Shown: positions 1-7,091, counted from the first letter of the stretch. The stretch: DNA of 10,788 bases from Armatimonadota bacterium (GCA_043754515.1 JAYUUO010000181.1:1-10788), one strand, 5' to 3'. Program-made: numbers and translations. The notes: generated by a model from the sequence alone, not told the origin.

Positions 1-375
1 TCTGATCTTTTCCTTAGTCTCCTGTTGCGTGACGCCGGAAAGAGGATGGAGCGAGTTATCCGCGCGGCGCACCTGAAGTTCCCAGAGCGACCCGGACGAT
101 TTGCGCGAGATGGTACGCCGGACGCGGTACTGCTCCCCATCCACTAAAAAATCGAGCATCACGCCGCATTCACTCGCACCGAGGCGGATCACATCCTCTT
201 TAGATTTGGCTCGGCACTCGCCGAAAAGTGCCCAGGTCATCGCATCGAGCAGGGCGGTTTTGCCGTTGCCGTTATCACCGGAGAGGCAGGCGAGGCGCAC
301 GCCGGCGAGTTCGAGGGGCGGCACGCCTTCGCCATAGGACATGAAGTTTTTGAGCTGTAAACGGACGGGGATCAT
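1..375 (-). CDS. sbcC: SbcC/Rad50-type SMC-family ATPase, N-terminal part (runs off the left window edge)
   Basis: Not in the ORF track; translated by hand from ATG at 375: MIPVRLQLKNFMSYGEGVPPLELAGVRLACLSGDNGNGKTALLDAMTWALFGECRAKSKEDVIRLG...YRVRR. It has the LxNFxSY N-terminus, a Walker A (GDNGNGKT) and the 'LDAMTWALFG' helix of SbcC. The frame is open to position 1 and sbcD lies upstream. Confidence 0.93.
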   Translation of the reverse strand, partial: MIPVRLQLKNFMSYGEGVPPLELAGVRLACLSGDNGNGKTALLDAMTWALFGECRAKSKEDVIRLGASECGVMLDFLVDGEQYRVRRTISRKSSGSLWELQVRRADNSLHPLSGVTQQETKEKIR

Positions 376-410
376 ACCGATATTCTACAGCGAAACGTCG
401 GAACGACCAA
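376..410 (-). promoter_or_regulatory. Putative sigma70 promoter for a leaderless sbcC transcript
   Basis: Minus strand: TTGGTC (410-405), 17 nt, TAGAAT (387-382), 6 nt (ATCGGT), then the sbcC ATG at 375. No Shine-Dalgarno. Confidence 0.7.
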
Positions 411-653
411 GAAGTTGTATCCCATCAGGTCGAACGTAGCACGGCGAAACGCGAGAGCGGGCAGGATCGAAGCAGTGGGACGACTCTACGCGAACAATTC
501 GTCCCACGTCCGCGCTGATAGAACCTGCTCGAGCAGTGCGTCGAGCCGTGTCTGATCCGTGATCGCTTCCAGTCGGGCGGTGGTTTCAGCGGACGGATCT
601 CCGATACGTTCGCGCCCAAACTCCTTGATGAACTGGCGGGTTTTGAGCAGTTG

Positions 654-729
654 CCCTTCCTTAACCCCCCATTTGTTGCCCTTGCAAAATGCCCTCCGAA
701 ATGCCTTGTGATGTGCCTCGCGCCCGTCC
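654..729 (-). repeat. Gly-x3 periodic coding repeat in the Rpn C-terminal linker
   Basis: GRAR-GTSQ-GISE-GILQ-GQQM-GVKE-G: seven Gly at 4-residue (12-nt) spacing once the frameshift is corrected. Such repeats are typical of Rpn C-termini. Confidence 0.7.
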
Positions 730-765
730 TTTTTCGATGGTCGCGTTGTAAGTTGTTGATTCAAA

Positions 766-783
766 CATGGTTCCGATTCCTTT
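766..783 (-). promoter_or_regulatory. Internal ribosome binding site and in-frame ATG inside the Rpn gene (putative RpnS start)
   Basis: Minus strand AAAGGA (783-778), 9 nt, ATG (768-766), in frame with ATG 1428, at the start of the 'MFESTTY' C-terminal domain. Confidence 0.6.
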
Positions 784-1429
784 CATCAACTGTGCAATTA
801 TGGTTTGTGAGTACTTCGTGCCCATCAGATGGTACGTCGAAGTCCAGTATTCGTTTCGTACTTCTTTAGGTTCACCCTTTAGTCGCTCGCCGATACGGGC
901 GATGACCGATGGCAGATCGGCTTGGGCAACGTCGGCGATGGGTGCGAGCGGTAAGGTCGCCAGCCCCCCGGTCAGTAGTTGCTCTACCGGTAATCGCCAC
1001 ATGCGCACCACGTCGTACTCGAAGCGCAAGTAGGTGTTCCCGTTCGCATGGCATCGCTCGAACACTCCCGTGAGTGCGGGACTATCTGCTTCTTTGCGCA
1101 GGAGAAATACCGCGCTACTCACCGGCAGTTTATATTTGTGCGTGAGCGCGACGCTGTAAAACAACAACCGCTCCGGCAATAAGTTTCCGTGGTGCCCGGT
1201 TTCGAGTTCCAGATTGAACAACTCCGGCACGACGCCGCCCTTGAGCAAAACGCGGTCGGCTTGCGGAATGATCGCGGCAAGGTCGGCGTCCATCACCTCG
1301 ATCGGCGTCGCTTGCGCGTTCATGACCCCGATCAGGGCGAGCCAATCTGCAGGGTGAGCCGCGATGAGTTGTTTTCCTATGGCGTCGAACGCTTTGGCTG
1401 TGCCCGAACCTGTGTTGCTTTGTCCCATT

Positions 1430-2710
1430 TCAGCCGAGGGATTCTTCGTGTGCCAGCCGCTCGAACAACCCACGCGCCGTGTTCATTAGCTCCTCGCGGC
1501 GCGATGCTAGGCGCGGCTGGGCGTCCAGATACTTCGTCAGCGCGAGTTCCGGCGTCATAGTCTCGGTCATGCCGTTTACGCGGATTACCCCTTCGCCTTG
1601 CGGCATGTCGCGCTGGAGGGATACGACAACGTGTGCCGCTGATAGCCGCTTGCGTATCTCGTCAACGCGCACCAGCATGGCTTTATCAGAGGCCACCTTA
1701 TAGTTCACCTTCACCACCGAGTCGAGCAGGGGGTAGCGGTCGAGTTCGGCGAGAATGGCGGCGGTGGGATCGTCCGCGTCGCCCGCGTCGGCGTCCACCT
1801 GCACGAAGCGGCGCGTTTCCAGTGCGACGTGCCGCCATTTCGCGCGTCCTTTGCGCACGTCGGCGAGCACGAGGCCCTTCTCCTCGCCGCGCTCATTGAA
1901 GTCAATCCGATCAATCGAGCCGGGATAGATCACGGGCGGCTCGTTGCCCCGGTTCATCTCCTGGTGCTTGTGGACGTGTCCCATGGCGACGTAGTCCCAG
2001 GGCGATACACCGCCCTGCGAGAGCGTGATCGCCTCCACCGGCACCTGCGGCTCGTTCGCGTTCAAGAGGAAGTTCTGCCACCCGACCCGCGCGTCCGCCA
2101 CGGTGAAGTGCCCCATAAGCAACGCGATGTGTTCCGGGAATATCGCTACCTCGCGAGCAAGATCGGCGATGTAAGACGCGTACTTGTCCTGGATCAGGTG
2201 GGCCACCTCCTCGACCGTTTTGCCCCTCGTCTCGTCCTGCGACACCACGCGCGAGCGAACCAGATAGGGCATTCCGGCAACCAACACGGACCCTTTTCGT
2301 GTTTCGACTTCGATAGTGTCCGGCTTGCTGATGATCTGCACGCCGCTCGTCGGACCTCCCAAAAGTCCGTAGATCTCTAGCGCGTGCGCCCGCCCTCGGC
2401 TATTCGGTATATCGTGGTTGCCGATCAACATCACGACCGGGATCCCTGCGTCCGTGAGTCGCTTCATGGCGGCGGCGAACGAGCGTTGGTGGGTCTGGTT
2501 CGGGTCACGGGCTTTGTAAGCGTCGCCCGCGAACAGGGCTAGGTCAACATCGGCGTCCAGAGCACGGTCAATCGCCTGGTTGAGCGTGTTGGTGAAGTCT
2601 TCGAGGCGGGTGTTTAAGCCGGTCTCAGGGTTGAGTCTGCCGAGCGTTTCGACGCCCAGGTGAACGTCAGCGAAGTGCATGATGCGAACGGAAGGAGCGG
2701 GGGCGGACAT
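1430..2710 (-). CDS. sbcD: SbcD/Mre11 exonuclease subunit (calcineurin-like metallophosphoesterase), 426 aa
   Basis: Motifs HFADVHLG, AGDAY, GNHD, MGHF, MGHVH and YPGSIDRIDFNE..EEKG. Start moved to ATG 2710 (MSAPAPSVRIMHFAD) because a TATAAT lies 6 nt upstream. Stop TGA at 1430-1432. Confidence 0.95.
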   Translation of the reverse strand: MSAPAPSVRIMHFADVHLGVETLGRLNPETGLNTRLEDFTNTLNQAIDRALDADVDLALFAGDAYKARDPNQTHQRSFAAAMKRLTDAGIPVVMLIGNHDIPNSRGRAHALEIYGLLGGPTSGVQIISKPDTIEVETRKGSVLVAGMPYLVRSRVVSQDETRGKTVEEVAHLIQDKYASYIADLAREVAIFPEHIALLMGHFTVADARVGWQNFLLNANEPQVPVEAITLSQGGVSPWDYVAMGHVHKHQEMNRGNEPPVIYPGSIDRIDFNERGEEKGLVLADVRKGRAKWRHVALETRRFVQVDADAGDADDPTAAILAELDRYPLLDSVVKVNYKVASDKAMLVRVDEIRKRLSAAHVVVSLQRDMPQGEGVIRVNGMTETMTPELALTKYLDAQPRLASRREELMNTARGLFERLAHEESLG

Positions 2711-2750
2711 GCTTTGATTATAGCACGGGTGCGGCGCGTATAATCGGCAC
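2711..2750. promoter_or_regulatory. Divergent pair of -10 elements driving leaderless sbcD (-) and ORF 2751 (+)
   Basis: Minus strand: TGcTATAAT (-10 at 2722-2717), 6 nt, ATG 2710. Plus strand: TATAAT (2739-2744), 6 nt, ATG 2751. Both are perfect TATAAT in GC-rich DNA. Confidence 0.8.
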
Positions 2751-4052
2751 ATGGCAAGAGTAGTCAGAGCAACGCCGGGTTCCGCGCCCGCAAAGCGCAA
2801 GTTTACTTCGCTTACGCTCCAGGAGGCGATGGGCCTGGTGCCGACGCGTCAGTTCGCGCGGTGGGAAATTTCGTCGCCTCCTCTGCCGCCGCGCGAGATA
2901 TTGACGAGCAACCTGATGCGATTAGACGCCTTCGATCTGACCGGCACGGAGGCGGCGAAACTGTTGCTGGTGGACACGGTGCTGGCCGAGGTACTGACGC
3001 GGCATCCGAAACTTAACACGACCGAAGATGGCTATTGGCGGAACCAGTACCGCTCACGCTGGCTGATGCCGGGCGACACCCCGAGCGATTCTGAGGTTGA
3101 GGCGCGTGTCGTGCCCGCGCCGAAGGAGCCGCCGCCGCCCACTGACTCGCTCTTCAATGCCCTGGTGACAGGGCTTCCCTCTGGGACGATCAACCCGAAG
3201 CCGCAACGTATGAACGAGGATTACCGCCTGCTCAAGGAGTTCAACGGATTGACTGATGTGCCCGTCTTCGCCCAATTTGTTGACGGCTCCACTCTATTCG
3301 CTCACTATGGGAAGCCAATTTCTGCCTTTTTGAAGGAGATACTCCGGCTCGATACGCGCACCATCAAATGGCGGAACGGCGCGATCTTCCTCACTTCCGA
3401 GATGCGCGTCATGAAACCGACGCCCGCCGACACATTGATCCCCTGGTCGCCGATCCGCCAGTTCCGCGAGTCCGCGTTCGCCCGCCCGAACTTCGCCCCC
3501 GTCCTCGAAGATTACTGCGCCCTCGCGCACGCCTTGAGCGATGAGCAAGTAAAAGCGTTGTTCGCGATTAATGCTCTGGTTTCCGACCCGGTGCCCGTAG
3601 GCACGGGCGACTACAATGGGATGCTTTACGACCTGCATCCGTTATGGATGCATCTCTACCGCGATAAGACGGCTCGGCAGGCAATAGAGAGCGAGAAGGG
3701 GGTTCGCTTCCGCGATCTGAACGTCGGGGCGCGTGCCGCTATCGTGAGAACCTTGATAAAGTATTACCCCGCGCTGGCCGAGCGTTTCGCGCCGTACAAA
3801 GACGATGCTGTACTTATCGCGGCCGAACTACGTTGCCGTATCGTCACGCTCGATGGATTAAGTGAGGACGAGCGTCGCTTCGAGAAGCCACTTATCGCCG
3901 GACAACTGCCTCCGCGCCATCTCACCCTGGAGATACTACCGATTGGCGCGGTCCTGGGGGGCACGGACATCGCACCGCTACCGCTCTTCTTCTGGGGGCG
4001 TCGCGACCCCGAAGCGGTGCAAGCCGCCTTGAAGACACCGTTGCTCGGGTGA
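2751..4052 (+). CDS. Hypothetical protein, 433 aa; possibly chimeric (N-terminal ~88 aa resemble the start of a small PD-(D/E)XK-like family)
   Basis: Long ORF filling the gap between sbcD and the convergent epimerase gene, with a -10 box 6 nt upstream of the ATG. The N-terminus contains 'FDLTGTEAAKLLLVDTVLAEVLTRHPKL'. The remainder is not recognised. Confidence 0.65.
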   Translation: MARVVRATPGSAPAKRKFTSLTLQEAMGLVPTRQFARWEISSPPLPPREILTSNLMRLDAFDLTGTEAAKLLLVDTVLAEVLTRHPKLNTTEDGYWRNQYRSRWLMPGDTPSDSEVEARVVPAPKEPPPPTDSLFNALVTGLPSGTINPKPQRMNEDYRLLKEFNGLTDVPVFAQFVDGSTLFAHYGKPISAFLKEILRLDTRTIKWRNGAIFLTSEMRVMKPTPADTLIPWSPIRQFRESAFARPNFAPVLEDYCALAHALSDEQVKALFAINALVSDPVPVGTGDYNGMLYDLHPLWMHLYRDKTARQAIESEKGVRFRDLNVGARAAIVRTLIKYYPALAERFAPYKDDAVLIAAELRCRIVTLDGLSEDERRFEKPLIAGQLPPRHLTLEILPIGAVLGGTDIAPLPLFFWGRRDPEAVQAALKTPLLG

Positions 4053-4065
4053 CCGGCACTCGTCT

Positions 4066-5004
4066 CTACAGAATCATGACGCCCCAGCTCCCCGCGAACG
4101 TCTCGCCCGCCGCGAGCGCGACGAGACCCCACTCGGGGTGATTGAACGCGTCGGAGCCGCAACTCATCGGCTCGATGGCGAGGGCGCGGCGGCGGTGCGT
4201 CTCCTCCAACGGGTCGCCGGAGTACAGGACGACATACTCGAAGGTTTCGTCCATCCATACCTCGACGCCCCGACCGGTCGCGGCTGAGGTGAGGCGGATT
4301 CTCGTGTTCCCGTCCGCGTCGCGCACCGGGCTTGCATAACAGGTGTTGATTTTCAAGTCACCGATGGCGCGCGGCGTTTGGAAATCGTACGGGGTGTCCG
4401 CGAGCGGCAGGATGCGCCCAGTCGGGATCAGCGCGTCACCGAACTCAAGTCGGCTCGCGAATGGCAGTTCCAGGCTGTCGGTGTCAATCAGGCCGTCCCC
4501 CACCGTGAAGTACGGGTGAAAGCCGACCCCGACCGGTGCGGTTTTATGCCCTGTGTTCTTGACCGCGAACCGGCAGGTTAGCCCTGTCTCTTCGAGCGTA
4601 TAAGTGACTGTCGCCTGGAGAGCCGACGGGTACGCCGTGGTGTCGGGTGCATAGTCCACAACGAAAGACACGCGGCTCTTACGCTTCTCGGAAACGTGCC
4701 AGAGTTGGGAACGGACGAAGCCGTGGATGGCGTTAGGGCCGTCGTGGTCATTGCGGGGCATCTGGTAGGTGTGCCCCTCGAAGGTATATTGCCCGTCCTT
4801 GACCCGGCCGGGGAAGGGGATCAGTACGTCGCCTTGCCCCCCGACCTTGTTCTTCGCGCCGCTATACGCGGTGATAATGGGGGTCGTCACGCCGTCCGAT
4901 TCTCGCCAGAGTCCCCGGAGCGAGGCCCCGATCGGGGAGACGCGCATCCGCAAGTCGCCAACCGACAGCGTGATCTCGCCGTCCGGTTTCGATGAAGTTT
5001 CCAT
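4066..5004 (-). CDS. Aldose 1-epimerase (galactose mutarotase-like) family protein, 312 aa
   Basis: Motifs LIPFPGRVKDGQY, NAIHGF, NTG...PVGVGFHPYF, LIPTG and ALAIEPMSC match the His/His/Glu catalytic set of the mutarotase fold. Confidence 0.93.
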   Translation of the reverse strand: METSSKPDGEITLSVGDLRMRVSPIGASLRGLWRESDGVTTPIITAYSGAKNKVGGQGDVLIPFPGRVKDGQYTFEGHTYQMPRNDHDGPNAIHGFVRSQLWHVSEKRKSRVSFVVDYAPDTTAYPSALQATVTYTLEETGLTCRFAVKNTGHKTAPVGVGFHPYFTVGDGLIDTDSLELPFASRLEFGDALIPTGRILPLADTPYDFQTPRAIGDLKINTCYASPVRDADGNTRIRLTSAATGRGVEVWMDETFEYVVLYSGDPLEETHRRRALAIEPMSCGSDAFNHPEWGLVALAAGETFAGSWGVMIL

Positions 5005-5018
5005 ACGCGATTATAGCA
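5005..5018 (-). promoter_or_regulatory. Extended -10 promoter, leaderless aldose epimerase transcript
   Basis: Minus strand TGcTATAAT (-10 at 5015-5010), 5 nt, ATG 5004. Shares GTGCTATAATC with the sbcD promoter. Confidence 0.75.
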
Positions 5019-5042
5019 CAACGGCGCGGAGGTGAGGCGGTA

Positions 5043-5261
5043 TTATCGGCGCGTTGACCGGGGCCTGACCGATAGCGTCACCAGGGGGATCGCCTGCGGC
5101 ACGGGACGAATCCCGCTCGCGCCCGGTTTCCCGACCGGCCTGCCGCAACCTCCGCCGCAACCGTCGCACCCCTCGCCTTGCGCGGACTTCCAGAGGCGGC
5201 TTCCGAGCGAGGCGGCGGCGAACGCGACGATGCCGAACGTGATCAGTTGCTGTATGTCCAT
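5043..5261 (-). CDS. FeoB-associated Cys-rich membrane protein, 72 aa
   Basis: N-terminal hydrophobic helix (QQLITFGIVAFAAASLG), basic residues, then GCDGCGGGCG. This is the typical layout of the small Cys-rich peptides encoded downstream of feoB, and feoB lies upstream on the same strand. Confidence 0.8.
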   Translation of the reverse strand: MDIQQLITFGIVAFAAASLGSRLWKSAQGEGCDGCGGGCGRPVGKPGASGIRPVPQAIPLVTLSVRPRSTRR

Positions 5262-5273
5262 GATGACTCTATT

Positions 5274-6158
5274 TTACCCGATTTCGGCGAAGGCATCACG
5301 GAACGGGCCGAGGTACCGCCGCTCCTGCGACCAGTCCGTGATCGCGAAAATCGCCTCGTCAAAGGCCCCGAAAAACTCGCCCGTCAGCGCGTCCCGGAAG
5401 AAGCCCGCCACCGCGGTCGGATCGTTGTGAAACGCGCCGCAACCCCACGCACCCAGCACGAGGGAGCGGTAGCCGTAGGCGCGGGCTACCGCCAGCACGC
5501 GGCCCACGCGGACCTCCATCGCTTCGGTCGCCCGCTCCAAACCAATCTTCCGCGCGACTGGAGCCGCGCAGGTCAGCATGGCGCAGGTCCACGGCGTCGG
5601 CAGAAGCGTGCCCTTGTCGGCGCGGAACACTGGGACGTCCGGCGAGAGAATCGCCCACCCCGAGGCGAAGAATGATTCGCTACCCATTTCCCAGTGGTAG
5701 GAGTACATGCGGTTATTTCGGATCGTGGCGTACAGGCATGAGGAGCGTGCCAGATACTCCTCTTGCGCGACCGCCCCCGATAGGAAGCCGCCGCCTGGCT
5801 CGACGGCGTTCGCGAAATTCAGAACGAGGGGGAGGGACCCGGCGTCTACCAACCGCTTCGCCGCCGAGAGCGACGTCTCGTTCGCGACCGACACGGTGAA
5901 CGCTTCGACTGGTATGGACGCGAGGGGAGCGGGCAACTCGTCGTCGGGGCGGATCGAGACCGTGCCCGCCACGCTTTTTCGCACCGCGTCCTGAATCGAA
6001 ACCTGTGTAGATCCCGCGTAGTAATCGCCGTGTTCGATGATGGACACCGCGAGCTTTCCGAGATCCCGCGCGGCGGAGCGATCCATCAGCAGGGTGCTCC
6101 GATTCGCTTCGGCGAGCGCGTCGCTGTCGTTACAGGGCAGAATGATGATGCGTGTCAT
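5274..6158 (-). CDS. TIGR02452/DUF2263 family macrodomain protein (bacterial-type poly(ADP-ribose) glycohydrolase), intact copy, 294 aa
   Basis: LNFANAVEPGGGFLSGAVAQEEYLARSS (GGG-x6-QEE PARG signature), ILSPDVPVFR, LTCAAP, LVLGAWGCGAFHNDP and FAI.DWS. Confidence 0.92.
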   Translation of the reverse strand: MTRIIILPCNDSDALAEANRSTLLMDRSAARDLGKLAVSIIEHGDYYAGSTQVSIQDAVRKSVAGTVSIRPDDELPAPLASIPVEAFTVSVANETSLSAAKRLVDAGSLPLVLNFANAVEPGGGFLSGAVAQEEYLARSSCLYATIRNNRMYSYHWEMGSESFFASGWAILSPDVPVFRADKGTLLPTPWTCAMLTCAAPVARKIGLERATEAMEVRVGRVLAVARAYGYRSLVLGAWGCGAFHNDPTAVAGFFRDALTGEFFGAFDEAIFAITDWSQERRYLGPFRDAFAEIG

Positions 6159-6160
6159 TT

Positions 6161-7051
6161 TCAGTTAGATTCCAGTTCCGCGAAACTATCCCGGAAGGGT
6201 CCGAGAACGTTTTGCTCGCGCGACCAGTCGGCAATGGCGAAGACAACCGTATCAAACGCGCCGAGAAATGTACCGGTCAGCGCGTCGCGGAAGAACCCCG
6301 CGACGGCGTAGGGGGCATTATGGTACGCACCGCACCCTCAGGCAACCAGCACCAGCGAACGGTAGCCGTACGCGCGGGCGATGGCTAGCACTCGCTCGAT
6401 CCGAACCTTCATCAGCGGGGTCGCCGTCGCGAGTCCGACCAGATTCGCCTTCGGGGCAGCGCAGGTCAAGATGTCCAGGAGACACGGCGATTCGGGAAGC
6501 GTGCCATCGTCCGCGCGGAACACGGGAACCACCGGGGACAGGATCGCCGCCTCGGACGCCAGCCCATGCTGGCCTTGCTTGTGCCGCGCGTACATCGGGT
6601 TCCCGCGAATAGTCGCGTACAGACCGGAGGAGCGGGCCAGTGTCTCTTCCTGCGCCGTACTGCCGCGCAGGAACCAGCCGCCGGGGCTGGTACCGCTGGC
6701 GAAGTTCAGCGCGAGGGGCCGTTCACCGAGCGCGATCAACCGCTTCGCCGTCTCGAACGTGGTCTCGTTCGCCACCGAAATGGCGACTATCGCCGCGGCA
6801 ATCGTCTTTGGCGGGACGGGAAGCACCATGCCCGGCGGGATGCTGACTGTTCGCGCTACAGAGTCCGCCACGAGACCCGCTATGTCCACGCGCTGACCGG
6901 AAGGCGTGACATACTCCCCCCGCTCCTGAAAAAACACGGCGTCGTGGCCGAGTGGCCCGGCGACGTCACGCGACAGGGCGAGTGCGTGCCGGTTGGCGAA
7001 CGCTTGCGCGTCGCTATCGGAGCAGGGCAGAATGCGGATTATAGTTTTCAT
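6161..7051 (-). pseudogene. Second TIGR02452/DUF2263 bacterial-PARG paralog, interrupted by an in-frame TGA at 6338-6340
   Basis: Aligns end to end with the 5274-6158 protein. After LVLVA* the same frame continues GCGAYHNAPYAVAGFFRDALTGTFLGAFDTVVFAIADWSREQNVLGPFRDSFAELESN to TGA 6161-6163 (296 codons before that stop). The internal TGA sits at the Trp of the GAWGCG motif. Confidence 0.88.
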
Positions 7052-7091
7052 CGGGGTGCGATTGTAAATGTATCACGCTGGTTTGAAACCA
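7052..7091 (-). promoter_or_regulatory. Putative promoter (-10 TACAAT) and 13-bp palindrome upstream of the PARG pair
   Basis: Minus strand TACAAT (7066-7061), 9 nt, ATG 7051. The perfect inverted repeat TGGTTT-G-AAACCA (7079-7091) covers the expected -35 region. Confidence 0.5.

Larger units (their letters stand above)
486..1428 (-). pseudogene. Rpn family (recombination-promoting nuclease/putative transposase, PD-(D/E)XK) protein with DUF4351-like C-terminus; frameshifted at a G6 run (665-670)
   Basis: ATG at 1428, 1 nt after the sbcD stop. Motifs include FDAIGKQLIAAHPADW, QADRVLL...LELETG, LPERLLFY, YDVVRMW and GLATLPLAP. The MFESTTY...GxxxG repeats end at TAA 661-663. The C-terminus continues in another frame (VKEGQLLKTRQFIKEFGRERIG...RLEAITDQTRLDALLEQVLSARTWDELFA, TAG 486-488). 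Removing one G gives a single 313-aa ORF. Confidence 0.8.

Noticed and set aside
486..764. Independent 92-aa gene
   Set aside because: Only its last ~58 codons look protein-like, and they are the frameshifted C-terminus of the Rpn gene.
486..1428. Rpn gene as an IS element or transposon
   Set aside because: I found no terminal inverted repeats or target-site duplication. The 'putative transposase' label of this family does not indicate an actual IS.
2711..2800. N-terminal extension of SbcD given in the ORF track
   Set aside because: It would run through the divergent promoter and into ORF 2751. The -10 box 6 nt upstream supports ATG 2710.
6338..6340. In-frame TGA as selenocysteine
   Set aside because: It aligns with the conserved Trp of GAWGCG, not a Cys. 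The downstream stem has its apical loop only ~9 nt from the UGA, shorter than a typical bacterial SECIS.
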